Assembly: GCA_048939015.1 (NCBI GenBank) | Contig: JBHLPW010000005.1 | Coordinates: 52,719-116,718, forward strand | Reading direction: 5' to 3' | Length of the DNA: 64,000 nt | From: Promethearchaeota archaeon | GTDB lineage: Archaea > Asgardarchaeota > Lokiarchaeia > Sigyniarchaeales > SOKP01 | In this document: piece by piece, positions 20,809 through 30,962 of the stretch | Position numbering within the stretch: position 1 is the stretch's first letter | Layout of the letters: each line of letters opens with the position of its first letter | Position numbers and translations under genes: made by a program | The notes under the pieces: model-generated | The model's input: the letters and a program-made list of their open reading frames with translations, nothing else | The model's database searches: none | What the model was told of the DNA's origin: nothing

Positions 20809-22182
20809 ATGGTTTTAGAGAAATTAGGAAGATCATTAGATACTGCTATTAGAAGGATAAGACGTCTTCCATCAGTAGATAAAGATGCAATAAATGCCCT
20901 TATTCAAGAATTACAAAGAGCTTTGTTAAGTTCTGATGTAAAAGTTGAACTTGTATTTGAAATGACTGAAAACATTAGAAAAGAGGCTATGAATACTAAG
21001 CTCCAGAAAGCAAGACGCAGAGATTTTGTGGTTAAATTAGTTCACGATGAACTTATTAAACTTTTAGGTGGGAAACCTGCTCCAATACGAATTAAACCGG
21101 GGAAAAAGAATGTTGTTTTACTTGTTGGAATTCAAGGTTCAGGAAAAACCACAACCATAGCAAAATTAGCTAAATTTTATAAAAGTAAGGGATATAAGGT
21201 TGGAGCATTAACAACTGATACTTGGCGACCAGGAGCATATGAACAATTAGTACAATTATCAGAACAGGTAGGCATCAAATGCTATGGAAACCCAAATGAA
21301 AAAAATGCGATAAAAATTGCCCTTCAAGAGACTAAAAAAGCAATAAATGAAGGAAATGATCTGTTAATAGTAGATACTGCTGGAAGACATAAAGAAGAAA
21401 AAGAATTAATGAAAGAAATGGAAATTCTTGAGCAAAAGCTAAAACCTAATGAAATAATACTTGTGATCGACGGTACTTTGGGCCAACAAGCCTTTAACCA
21501 AGCTGAAGCATTTGCACAAACAACCAATTTAGGTTCAATAATCGTTACCAAATTAGATGGATCTGCTAAAGGGGGTGGCGCTTTATCAGCATGTACAGCA
21601 TCGAATGTAGGTATTCGTTTTATAGGAGTAGGTGAAAAAGTAGATGATTTTGAAGAATTTGAACCATCAAAATTTGTAGGAACATTATTAGGGATACCCG
21701 ATATCGAATCTCTAGTTCAGAAAGTTCAAGAAGCTGAAGTAGATATTGAACCGGAAATGGTTAAAAGAATGGTTCACGGAAAATTTACTCTTGATGATTT
21801 ATACCTACAATTAAAAAGTATAAAGAAAGTTGGAAAATTTAAACAAATATTGGCTATGATGGGTGGTGGAAATATTCCAGATGCTTTAAAAGAAGATGCT
21901 GAAGCAAACTTGGCAAAATGGGAAGTTGTTCTAAATTCTATGACGCATGAAGAAAAAGAGAACCCTAAAATCATTAAAAAAACTCGAAAAAGACGAATTG
22001 CTATAGGGAGTGGAACTAATTACTCAATAATAAATAAAATGTTGGATCAATTCTCACAAATGAAAAAATTCATGAAGAAATTTCTTCAAATGCAGAAAAA
22101 AGGGAAGGGAATGCCCGGTATGCCAGGGTTTCCTGGTGGAAAAGCTGCAGCTGATTTTATGAAGAAATTAGGTAAATTTTAA
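20809..22182 (+). CDS. srp54: Signal recognition particle 54-kDa protein
   Basis: GIQGSGKTTT, DTAGRH, TKLDGSAKGGGALS; Met-rich M domain. Confidence 0.97.
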   Translation: MVLEKLGRSLDTAIRRIRRLPSVDKDAINALIQELQRALLSSDVKVELVFEMTENIRKEAMNTKLQKARRRDFVVKLVHDELIKLLGGKPAPIRIKPGKKNVVLLVGIQGSGKTTTIAKLAKFYKSKGYKVGALTTDTWRPGAYEQLVQLSEQVGIKCYGNPNEKNAIKIALQETKKAINEGNDLLIVDTAGRHKEEKELMKEMEILEQKLKPNEIILVIDGTLGQQAFNQAEAFAQTTNLGSIIVTKLDGSAKGGGALSACTASNVGIRFIGVGEKVDDFEEFEPSKFVGTLLGIPDIESLVQKVQEAEVDIEPEMVKRMVHGKFTLDDLYLQLKSIKKVGKFKQILAMMGGGNIPDALKEDAEANLAKWEVVLNSMTHEEKENPKIIKKTRKRRIAIGSGTNYSIINKMLDQFSQMKKFMKKFLQMQKKGKGMPGMPGFPGGKAAADFMKKLGKF

Positions 22183-22204
22183 ATTTTACTGATTACCATT
22201 TTAA

Positions 22205-22876
22205 TTGATTAACTTGGTCAATTTCTTGTTATTGATAGAAAGTATTTCAGATTATTCTAAGAAAGATATTGATGTGGGAAAAACCCCTATTGATGTATAT
22301 AGACTTAGTTCTTGTATCAGAGAAGCATTCTGTTTATCATATGCTCTTAGAAAAGATAATAATCTTTTTTTATACGTAGAGAAAAATCATAGTTTAATCA
22401 GATTTGATGGAAAAGAACTACAGTACTTAGGTCCTGATGAAAGATCTGAAACATTACTTTTAATGAAAGCTCTTGATGAGATCAGAAAATTAAATAGTTT
22501 TAACATAAATGAGTGGAGGAAATCAACTCCAGGAATATTTGTACGAAAATTTTCTGATGCAAATTCATTCATGAGTTATTATAAAAAAATTGCAAACCAT
22601 ATTGGCTTTATAGTTAAAGAAAATTCAATTGAGGATCAAAAGAAAGTTAATTTTTTCGAGATAAATCAAAAACCAATAGAAATTATGGATAACGATTTCT
22701 TCATAATCCCTACTTATACTTTACGAGATGGAATTTCCCGTGGTATAGAATTATTTAAAAAATTGAATAACACAAAACTTATCTCTCTTTCAAAAATTAA
22801 AAATGTTGAAGATAAAATTTTATATATTAATTTTAGAAAAGATCAACAAAATACTTATAATAGCTTGGGAAAATGA
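22205..22876 (+). CDS. trmY: TrmY-like SPOUT protein (tRNA m1-psi54 methyltransferase homologue), degenerate C-terminus
   Basis: CIREAFCLSYALRKD, IRFDGKELQYLGPDERS and STPGIFV match TrmY; the C-terminal LGDHxG motif is not recognisable. Confidence 0.65.
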   Translation: MINLVNFLLLIESISDYSKKDIDVGKTPIDVYRLSSCIREAFCLSYALRKDNNLFLYVEKNHSLIRFDGKELQYLGPDERSETLLLMKALDEIRKLNSFNINEWRKSTPGIFVRKFSDANSFMSYYKKIANHIGFIVKENSIEDQKKVNFFEINQKPIEIMDNDFFIIPTYTLRDGISRGIELFKKLNNTKLISLSKIKNVEDKILYINFRKDQQNTYNSLGK

Positions 22877-24267
22877 TTTTAAAAAATGCAAAATTTTATA
22901 CTAACGGTTTGATACATGAAGGAATTATCTATATCAAGGGAGAAATAATTAAAAAAATATTATTTGAGCCAAAAAACCAACAAATAACGAATTTATCTAA
23001 AAAGAATCAAGATGGTTTAGAAATTGATTGTCAAAATAAATTAATTTTACCAGGGATAATTGATATACATTCTCATTTACGAGATTTGGATCAAAGTGAA
23101 AAAGAGACATTTCTAACAGGAACTAAAGCAGCAGCATTCTCAGGTATAACAACTGTTTTTAATATGCCAAATACAAATCCACCAGCGATTTCATTTGAAA
23201 AAGTTAGCAACTGGATGGAAAAAGCAGAAAAAAATATTCATGTGGACGTAGGATTTATTGCGGGCGTCCCAAAGTCTATTAATGAAGAGGAAATAAAAAA
23301 AATTATAGAATTAGGAGTCATAGGATTTAAGATTTACCCACATGACTCACTTAATGATATCGATTGGAAAGATTCAAGTAATCTTCAAATAATCCTTAAA
23401 ATTTCATCTAGATATCAATTTCCAATATTTATTCATGCTTCTTATCCGATACCTGAAACTGAAAAAAAACTTATCGAAAAAGAATTTAATGAAACAGATC
23501 AAAATAGTCTAATACTTCATAGTAAATTGGATCCTGTTTCAGCAGAGCAAAAGTTTGTCCAAATTGTCATTGATAACTATAAAGAATATATTAATGCTAA
23601 TCAATCGAAATCAAAAGACTACCCAATAATCCATTTCTGCCATATCAGTTGCATTGAAAGTTTTTTATTAATTGAGAAAGCAAAGTTATCAAATAAAAGT
23701 TTAAAAATAACCTTTGAAGTCACACCGCACCATTTACTTTTAAATAATAGCATAACACTTGAAAACGAGAATTTTGGAAAAGTCTTACCGCCCTTAAGAG
23801 AAAAAAAACATTCAAAATTCTTGTTTAATAAACTAACAGAAGGAACAATAGAGTTCATAGGAACTGATCATGCTCCGCACACATTAGAAGAGAAATCTCA
23901 AACATTTTTAAAATCACCATCAGGATTTCCTGGTTTTGAAACATATCCCTTATTACTTATCAATAAGATTTTTGATTACGAATTACCTTTAGACTTTTTT
24001 GTTAAAGTTGCTTCAGAAAATCCAGCAAAAACCTTTAATTTAAACAAGAAGGGTTTTATTAAAGAAGGATACGATGCTGATTTAATTATTGTTGATAAAG
24101 TTCCAGAATATAAGATAAATTCTCAGAATTTTAAAACTAAGGCAAAATTTTCTCCATTTGAGAACTTTATTTCCAAAGTTCAAATTTGTAAAGTATTTTT
24201 ACGTGGAAAAGTAATCAATATTGAGAATAATATTCCAAGTGGAAAAATTATTAAACATATGCTATAA
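22873..24267 (+). CDS. pyrC: Dihydroorotase-family amidohydrolase
   Basis: PGIIDIHSHLRD, MPNTNP, HFCHIS, EVTPHHL, PPLR, GTDHAPH. Confidence 0.85.
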   Translation: MILKNAKFYTNGLIHEGIIYIKGEIIKKILFEPKNQQITNLSKKNQDGLEIDCQNKLILPGIIDIHSHLRDLDQSEKETFLTGTKAAAFSGITTVFNMPNTNPPAISFEKVSNWMEKAEKNIHVDVGFIAGVPKSINEEEIKKIIELGVIGFKIYPHDSLNDIDWKDSSNLQIILKISSRYQFPIFIHASYPIPETEKKLIEKEFNETDQNSLILHSKLDPVSAEQKFVQIVIDNYKEYINANQSKSKDYPIIHFCHISCIESFLLIEKAKLSNKSLKITFEVTPHHLLLNNSITLENENFGKVLPPLREKKHSKFLFNKLTEGTIEFIGTDHAPHTLEEKSQTFLKSPSGFPGFETYPLLLINKIFDYELPLDFFVKVASENPAKTFNLNKKGFIKEGYDADLIIVDKVPEYKINSQNFKTKAKFSPFENFISKVQICKVFLRGKVINIENNIPSGKIIKHML

Positions 24268-24313
24268 AATATATATGTCAAAACAGTATAATTATATTTA
24301 AATTAAACGAGTA

Positions 24314-24961
24314 ATGAACTTTAAAATGCCTGATAATGATGAGTTTAGCCTAGAAGATGGCAAAATGTTAATAAAATTCGCGAGAGATAACATTGAATTT
24401 TTTCTGATAAATAACCGAAAAATTCCTGTTCCTGATGTTATAAAACAGAAATTTTCTGATAAGTATGGAGCTTTTGTTACATTAAATAAGTATAATGTAA
24501 TTGGAAACCCATTAAGAGGGTGCATCGGTTATATTGAACCAACTTATACTTTATATGAAGTAATCCACCGTGTGTCCATAAGCTCGGCAATTGAAGACCC
24601 TAGATTTCCTTCTGTATCTTTAGATGAGATGGATAAGATTATAATTGAATTATCTATTTTAACTCCTCCAAAATTACTTGAGGTAAATGAACCTAAAGAA
24701 TATCTAGACAAAATTGTTATTGGAAGAGATGGGCTTATAGTCGAGAAAGGAATGAGAAGAGGTTTACTTCTCCCTCAAGTTCCAGTAGATCATGGAAGAA
24801 ATTGGGATGTAGAGGAGTTTCTTAATCATACTTGTAATAAAGCCTGGTTAGCGGAAGATGAATGGAAAGATATTAAGCATACGAAAGTATATTCTTTTCA
24901 AGCAATACTCTTTGAGGAAAAAGAACCGAGAGGAGAAGTAGTAAGAAAATATTTGAGTTAA
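24314..24961 (+). CDS. AMMECR1-domain protein
   Basis: GAFVTL, LRGCIG, DPRF and GLLLPQV motifs. Confidence 0.93.
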   Translation: MNFKMPDNDEFSLEDGKMLIKFARDNIEFFLINNRKIPVPDVIKQKFSDKYGAFVTLNKYNVIGNPLRGCIGYIEPTYTLYEVIHRVSISSAIEDPRFPSVSLDEMDKIIIELSILTPPKLLEVNEPKEYLDKIVIGRDGLIVEKGMRRGLLLPQVPVDHGRNWDVEEFLNHTCNKAWLAEDEWKDIKHTKVYSFQAILFEEKEPRGEVVRKYLS

Positions 24962-24970
24962 CTCTTAATA

Positions 24971-26707
24971 CTATCCCATATCATTTGCTTCTCTCATAAT
25001 TTCAAACATTTCTTTTTCATCTTCTTCAACTTCTTCTGGTATAGCATATATTGTCCCTAATAATGATGCTTTATACTGTACTTTAGCAGCAAATTCTACT
25101 TGCTGAAGCACTGTATATGCATGGTTCAAATCTGTGCCTACACAAATATTCCCATGATTTGGTAGAAATACGGCATAATTATTTCCTAAAGCAAGAACAG
25201 CTTTTTGGGAAATCTCTTCAGTCCCTGCCATCCCATATTCCGCTAATTCACATCCACCAATAAAAGGGATAATTTCATCAACGATAGGTCCTAATGGTAT
25301 TCGTGCAATGGAAAGTATGGTAGAATATGGTGCGTGTGAATGAATAACTGCATTTATATCACTTCTAGATAATAATATATTCAGATGAAGGTGCTTCTCA
25401 GACGTAGGATTTCTGGTCCCCGCAAGCACATTTAGATCACTATCAATTAAAACTAAATCATCCTCTCTCATATTCTCGTAAGGGACTGTACTCGGTGTTA
25501 ATAGAAATCCATTTTCTCCATTTGGTAATTTGACTCGCAGAGATACATTTCCTGCAGTACCAACGATTAATCCCTTCTTTAACATTTTTTTGCATATTTC
25601 AAGAATTTTCCTACTTTCATCCCTATAACTTGATAATGCTATTGGAATTTCGGCACCATAATCTGCTAATTGAAGCTTTTGTGAGTTATATCCAAGAAGA
25701 ACTTCAGGATTCAAGATGTTTGAAGGAATTTCATTATTTAAAATTTTGCGAATTCCTTCTACCACCATCATCCCATGTCTATGATTTGTTTCATAGGTGT
25801 TTCCTCCAATGTGTGGGGTAACAATTACATTATCTAATTCAAGGAATTTATTATCTTGATCGACGGGCTCAATGTTAAATACATCCAATGCTGCACCTGC
25901 GATTTTCTTTGATTTAAGAGCATTATAAAGAGCTTCCTCGTCTGTAATTGATGCACGTCCAAAATTAATGAAGTAAGCTTTAGATTTCATCAACTTAATT
26001 TGATCTTGACCAACTAAACCATCAGTTTCATCAGTAGGGGGACAATGAATTGTAATGATATCTGAATTCGCCATTAAAGTGTTTAAATCTACTAATTTAC
26101 CATTTATGAACCTTAACCTTGCTTCTTGAATATAGGGATCATAAATTAAAAAATTCACTTCAAAAGCTTTCAAGCGTTTTGCAACCTCAAAACCAATATT
26201 TCCTAAACCTATGATACCTATTGTTTTGCCTTTTATTTCATGTCCCTTAAACATGTTATAGTAATTCACAAAATCAGTGAAATCATCAACTTTGAAATTA
26301 CTAGAATGCAAAATATAACTCACATCATACACTTTTCTCAACAATGCTAGCATTAAAGCTATCGTCATTTCAGCTACAGCAATTCTATTTCTCCCTGGTG
26401 TAAAAAGTACAGGAATCCCCTTTTTTGTAGCAGTTTTTAAATCCACATTATTAGGATCATCTCGAGTGGAGCCAATAATTTTAAGATTAACATTTTCTAA
26501 TACATCCTTTTTTACATTATCTCCTTCACAAATGAAAATTTCTGCACCAATTTCCTTAATTTTATTCACTAAATCCTCCGCATTGAAATACATATTCTTT
26601 GTATCTCGCCAAGACTCATATATAATGTCATCTTGTAATATTTCTTTAAGTTGGGATAAGGATTCAGGAGATATTTGAGCTGTAATATACGCCTTTATTC
26701 TATTCAC
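24971..26707 (-). CDS. Fusion of D-2-hydroxyacid dehydrogenase (N) and class II aldolase/adducin domain (C)
   Basis: N part: GLGNIG, INFGR, LDVFNIEP, TPHIGG. C part: GTAGNVS, PTSEKHLH, HSH, LPNHG. Confidence 0.9.
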   Translation of the reverse strand: MNRIKAYITAQISPESLSQLKEILQDDIIYESWRDTKNMYFNAEDLVNKIKEIGAEIFICEGDNVKKDVLENVNLKIIGSTRDDPNNVDLKTATKKGIPVLFTPGRNRIAVAEMTIALMLALLRKVYDVSYILHSSNFKVDDFTDFVNYYNMFKGHEIKGKTIGIIGLGNIGFEVAKRLKAFEVNFLIYDPYIQEARLRFINGKLVDLNTLMANSDIITIHCPPTDETDGLVGQDQIKLMKSKAYFINFGRASITDEEALYNALKSKKIAGAALDVFNIEPVDQDNKFLELDNVIVTPHIGGNTYETNHRHGMMVVEGIRKILNNEIPSNILNPEVLLGYNSQKLQLADYGAEIPIALSSYRDESRKILEICKKMLKKGLIVGTAGNVSLRVKLPNGENGFLLTPSTVPYENMREDDLVLIDSDLNVLAGTRNPTSEKHLHLNILLSRSDINAVIHSHAPYSTILSIARIPLGPIVDEIIPFIGGCELAEYGMAGTEEISQKAVLALGNNYAVFLPNHGNICVGTDLNHAYTVLQQVEFAAKVQYKASLLGTIYAIPEEVEEDEKEMFEIMREANDMG

Positions 26708-26726
26708 CCTTAAATATTAATTATAA

Positions 26727-27566
26727 TTAAAACATCAGTTTACGCAATTTTAATAAATTTCTCATTTTCCCCTTTACTTCAAGTCCGCCACTACTATATA
26801 ATTTTATAGGATTGACTTGTTTTGTCATCATTTTAAGAAATACTTCTGAATCCAAACTAACTTGCACAGCAGCTTCCTCATCATGTCCTTCTTCTAATTG
26901 AATTCCTTGATCATCATTTATTATGAATAAATAAGATTTATTTAAGTCTGGAAAAGTCATCATCAAGGTATTTTGCCAATTACTAAAGGCTTTAGAAACT
27001 TTTGGATCATTATATCGATCTATGATCATTTTAAGTCCTTCTTCTAAATTGATATTGAGAGCGTCGTTTTTTGGGGTTTCTACCTTTTTTAATGCAATAG
27101 CAGGTTGTTTTGATCCAATTGTCTGAGTCTTTTGTTTGGGTTTAGAACCTGTTGAGATTGGCTTGATTGGCTCAAAAGTACTTGTAGACATCGTAGGTCT
27201 TATTATTCTTAGAGTACCCCCAATACCTGGTGATTGAGCTTTAACTTGACCACTATATTGTGTTATTTCACCTTTCTCAAGAACATTATCCATAATATTT
27301 TTAGTCTTTTTTATTATTCCAATAGATTCTAAAGCACCTAATCCGATTAGAATTAATCCTATAATAAACACTAGTATAGCAAAGGATTGGGAAATATATA
27401 AACCTGAAAAGGCCGTAAAATCTTGTAAACTGAGAAAAAGTCCCATTAATACTAATAATATTCCAGTTATAAATAGGTATAATAATACAGTTATCAGATG
27501 TGCATTTAAAGCATGTATTGAGGTTTTTTTATAGTTTGAAGAACTCATCGAATTTAATATACTCAT
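26727..27566 (-). CDS. Membrane-anchored SCP2 (sterol-carrier/lipid-binding) domain protein
   Basis: Two N-terminal TM helices, a P/K/T/S-rich linker, and C-terminal FLKMMTKQVNPIKLYSSGGLEVKGKMRNLLKL matching the SCP2 consensus. Confidence 0.8.
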   Translation of the reverse strand: MSILNSMSSSNYKKTSIHALNAHLITVLLYLFITGILLVLMGLFLSLQDFTAFSGLYISQSFAILVFIIGLILIGLGALESIGIIKKTKNIMDNVLEKGEITQYSGQVKAQSPGIGGTLRIIRPTMSTSTFEPIKPISTGSKPKQKTQTIGSKQPAIALKKVETPKNDALNINLEEGLKMIIDRYNDPKVSKAFSNWQNTLMMTFPDLNKSYLFIINDDQGIQLEEGHDEEAAVQVSLDSEVFLKMMTKQVNPIKLYSSGGLEVKGKMRNLLKLRKLMF

Positions 27567-27669
27567 TACTTCTTAAATATGTAAGTTATATTTGATTATA
27601 ACTTCTTAAAAACCATTATAAGGGATAAAATTAAGATAATATTAGATCAATTATAGGATTTGAGATAAT

Positions 27670-28452
27670 TTGGAAATTACTGAATTTCTTATTGAATTTA
27701 CGAATAAAGGAAGATATGAAGTCTTTAAAAGTATATTTAATAGTAATAAGCGTCATAGTGAATTAGAAAAAGAACTAAGGATTCCAGGTCCTGAAATATC
27801 TCGCAATATCAAAAGGCTTTTGAAAAAAGACTTAATTTTGAAAACTATTGAAAATGAATATGAAATTACTAGTACTGGAAAAATTTTTCACGAAATAATA
27901 AGAATTTTTGAAAAAGTACTAAGTTTTAGTGATTTTCTAAATGAACATGATGTTAATTATATTCCAATAAATCTACTACTCGAAATTGGGAATTTAAAAA
28001 TAAAACAAGTAAACCAAACTATGAAAAATGTCCAAAAATGGGCGGATTTAGTTAAAAATTCCGAAAAATTTATATTAGCGATTTCTGACCAATTCCAAGA
28101 CTCAATATTACCTATTATTGAGAAAAAGGTTAATGTTCAAAGTCTTAAAATTAAAACTATTGTTGATGTTTCCTTACTAAAAAATTCAGTTAAGGTTGGA
28201 GAGATATTTAAGGACAGACACGAAGTTTATGATAAAATGGATGCCTTTCAAAATGTAAAAGTGTTAGATCATATTGGTGTGTGTTTGTTAACAACAGAAA
28301 AAGGGGCTATCGTCTTTCTTAGTAAATCAGGCAAAATTGATTATAGTCAATGTTTAGAGGCTGATAATGAAGATTTCATTAATTGGGTTCAAGATTTATT
28401 TAAGTGGTATTGGAAAAAAGGAAAGCCTCTTAAGCCTTTTATTAGGAAATAA
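27670..28452 (+). CDS. Archaeal winged-helix transcriptional regulator (ArsR-like HTH plus C-terminal DUF1724-type domain)
   Basis: GPEISRNIKRLLKKDLI...YEITSTGK wHTH; C-terminal WVQDLFKWYW typical of this family. Confidence 0.8.
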   Translation: MEITEFLIEFTNKGRYEVFKSIFNSNKRHSELEKELRIPGPEISRNIKRLLKKDLILKTIENEYEITSTGKIFHEIIRIFEKVLSFSDFLNEHDVNYIPINLLLEIGNLKIKQVNQTMKNVQKWADLVKNSEKFILAISDQFQDSILPIIEKKVNVQSLKIKTIVDVSLLKNSVKVGEIFKDRHEVYDKMDAFQNVKVLDHIGVCLLTTEKGAIVFLSKSGKIDYSQCLEADNEDFINWVQDLFKWYWKKGKPLKPFIRK

Positions 28453-28461
28453 ATGTAAATT

Positions 28462-30030
28462 CTATCCATTAAATTGTTGGAATAATTTCTGCCAAGTTTG
28501 ATATCTATTTGTTAATTTTTGTATCATATTCTCTCGAGGTTTAATTGTTTTTAAAAGCTTTAGATTTTGATTCCTAGATTCTAAATCCATAACAGATCTT
28601 ATCCGTCCTTCAGCTATATCACATAGAACTAACATACCTTGGATCGAACTTTCAAAACTCATGGAAGTATTAATATTTGTCTGTAATAAATCTGAAAACC
28701 TTTGTACTAATACTGGATTACGAGTAATACCTCCCAAAATTGAATAAGAAGGATTAGATATATTAATATAACTTTTTAATATTTCAATATTTCGCATTAC
28801 AGCAAAGTGAATATTATCAAAAACCGCTGCAATAAAAGCTTCTTTCTTTATGTCTATCTCTTCTAAACCTCCCGGACTTTGGAAATGAAATAATCCAGGC
28901 ATTAGTCCAGTTTGAGTACTTGCTAATGGTCTTGGTCCCAATAATGAATAGACACACGTTTCTCTAATCTGTTCCTGTGATGCATTCGCTTCAAATTGAT
29001 CATATCGGGTGAAAGCTTCGTTTATTTTTTGGAATCGTTGTTCCAATGTATTTTTTTCCCCTTTATAGAATAAATTAGCAGCCCATTTTAGGAGTTGTCC
29101 AGTTATTCCCGTGTTTGTTTCTAAATAATAATGATTGAACAAATTTTTACAAGCAAAGACACCACTCCAAGTTTGTTCATTAGGATCAATATATAATGAG
29201 TCTGTAACTGCCTGAACAGGTGATGTACTGCCTAAAACCGCTCCAATAGATCCTACTTCTACACATTGGCAACCTAATAATGCTGCTTGAGTGTCTGATA
29301 TCCCCGCTACTAATTGGGTTTCAGAGTTAAGTCCCAATTCTTTTTGATATTGCTCAGAAACAGTTCCAATTATTTCTCCTGGTAATACTGGCCATGGAAA
29401 AAAATAATCTGGTAAATCAAGGATATCATTCCATACAGGGTGCCAGATTTTGGACTCTATATCAAAGAATCCAGACTCTCCTGCACTAATAATATTAGCA
29501 TGAACTTCTCCTCCAAATTTAACCAAGATCCAGCTATCCATTGGTAAGTATTGAGTAATTCGCTTAAATCTTTCATGGTTTTCTTGATCTTCCTTAAAGA
29601 ATTTATATCTCGCTGGAATAAAAAGTAAAGAGGGATAATGCCCCGTACTTTCATAAAATGTTTTTCCAGTGTGATTTTGAAATTCTTCTTCAATATCATC
29701 AGCACAATTGATTCCTCCTAGGTCAAAACTCGCACCTATATAAACTGCATCATCATTTTCATCAGTGAATACACAACTAGGGCGTATTGAAGATGCTGTA
29801 ATAAATCTGATGTCATTTGGATTGATATTTGATGATTTAATAGTAAGCTTAGTAAGTTCAATTATTTTTTCCCAGTAATTTCTATGATTCCACTCACGTT
29901 GATAGCCATCTTCACTCTGAATTGTTTCTTTATTCCAAATTTCTAAAGCGATTATATTGCAAAACTCATCTGCTATTGCACACTTCAAAACTTTGCTTCC
30001 AGAATCATAGACCAATCGATATTCCATCAC
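28462..30030 (-). CDS. Divergent FGGY-family kinase (LsrK/YoaC-like)
   Basis: YDSGS, TASSIR, GEIIGTV, GISDTQAALLG, GSTS, GGITRN. Confidence 0.85.
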   Translation of the reverse strand: MMEYRLVYDSGSKVLKCAIADEFCNIIALEIWNKETIQSEDGYQREWNHRNYWEKIIELTKLTIKSSNINPNDIRFITASSIRPSCVFTDENDDAVYIGASFDLGGINCADDIEEEFQNHTGKTFYESTGHYPSLLFIPARYKFFKEDQENHERFKRITQYLPMDSWILVKFGGEVHANIISAGESGFFDIESKIWHPVWNDILDLPDYFFPWPVLPGEIIGTVSEQYQKELGLNSETQLVAGISDTQAALLGCQCVEVGSIGAVLGSTSPVQAVTDSLYIDPNEQTWSGVFACKNLFNHYYLETNTGITGQLLKWAANLFYKGEKNTLEQRFQKINEAFTRYDQFEANASQEQIRETCVYSLLGPRPLASTQTGLMPGLFHFQSPGGLEEIDIKKEAFIAAVFDNIHFAVMRNIEILKSYINISNPSYSILGGITRNPVLVQRFSDLLQTNINTSMSFESSIQGMLVLCDIAEGRIRSVMDLESRNQNLKLLKTIKPRENMIQKLTNRYQTWQKLFQQFNG

Positions 30031-30034
30031 ATTC

Positions 30035-30778
30035 TTACCTCTTTATCATTATCCTTTTTTTTAACTCTTTTAGTGCTATTGTTGTAGATTCCTCTGCTTG
30101 TTGCCTTGTTACCATTCCAATGGCTACAGCACAAATATTATGCTTAGCAATATAGTGAAATGCAACATCAGGCTTTATTTCTCCTGTAGCTAGAGTTTTC
30201 ATGCCAATAAAATATAAATCTTTTTTATTATCAACTATTTGTTCTAATTTTTTGGCATTTCCCATCAGAAATCCACGTGCATTAAAAGGTAATAAAAAAA
30301 CTCTTACATTCAATGAATTTTTTATGCAATATTGAATTGTAGGAATTGGATCATGAGTTGCAATACCAGGAATAATGCCATAACTTGAGATTTCATCTAA
30401 AAGCTCTATTAAATTCGATCCTTTCCCATCTGAAATCATTCCATGCACAAATATTAATTTTGCTCCTATTTTAATCAACGCATTAATTTTAGGATCATTA
30501 CCTGGATATGTAGATCCCAAAATAACATAGTCATTATATTTCTCTGTCATAATCTGTGCTGCATCTAAGATTTTACCACTTGGGATTACTTCGATACCAC
30601 GCGCTCCTTTATTATAACTACTTTCTAAAATCTCTATTATAGCATCTGGATTATTGAGAAATTTCCTACGCCACTCATATGCATTAATTCCGAATTGGCC
30701 AGCACCTATAAAAGGAGAAGTTCCCGTGGAAACTAGTGGTATATTTACATTATCGATTTTACAAAACAATATTGCCAC
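30035..30778 (-). CDS. Aldo-keto-reductase-like TIM-barrel protein, uncharacterised
   Basis: GTSPFIG, PGIATH, LPFNARG, IGMKTLATG and VAIGMV resemble AKR-fold strands; ends 4 nt before the kinase start. Confidence 0.6.
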   Translation of the reverse strand: MAILFCKIDNVNIPLVSTGTSPFIGAGQFGINAYEWRRKFLNNPDAIIEILESSYNKGARGIEVIPSGKILDAAQIMTEKYNDYVILGSTYPGNDPKINALIKIGAKLIFVHGMISDGKGSNLIELLDEISSYGIIPGIATHDPIPTIQYCIKNSLNVRVFLLPFNARGFLMGNAKKLEQIVDNKKDLYFIGMKTLATGEIKPDVAFHYIAKHNICAVAIGMVTRQQAEESTTIALKELKKRIMIKR

Positions 30779-30962
30779 TTCTTAAGAGTGTATACAGATT
30801 CTATCTTATATTTAAGACTAATTATTATAAACACAGTTCAATGACAAAAAATCAATGCTTATTAAAATAATCTACAAAAATCATATTAAATTTTAAAGAT
30901 TATTAATGATAAAAAGCATATGAAATTCAGTTATAATTCTGATCTACGAAGAGGAGGATAGA

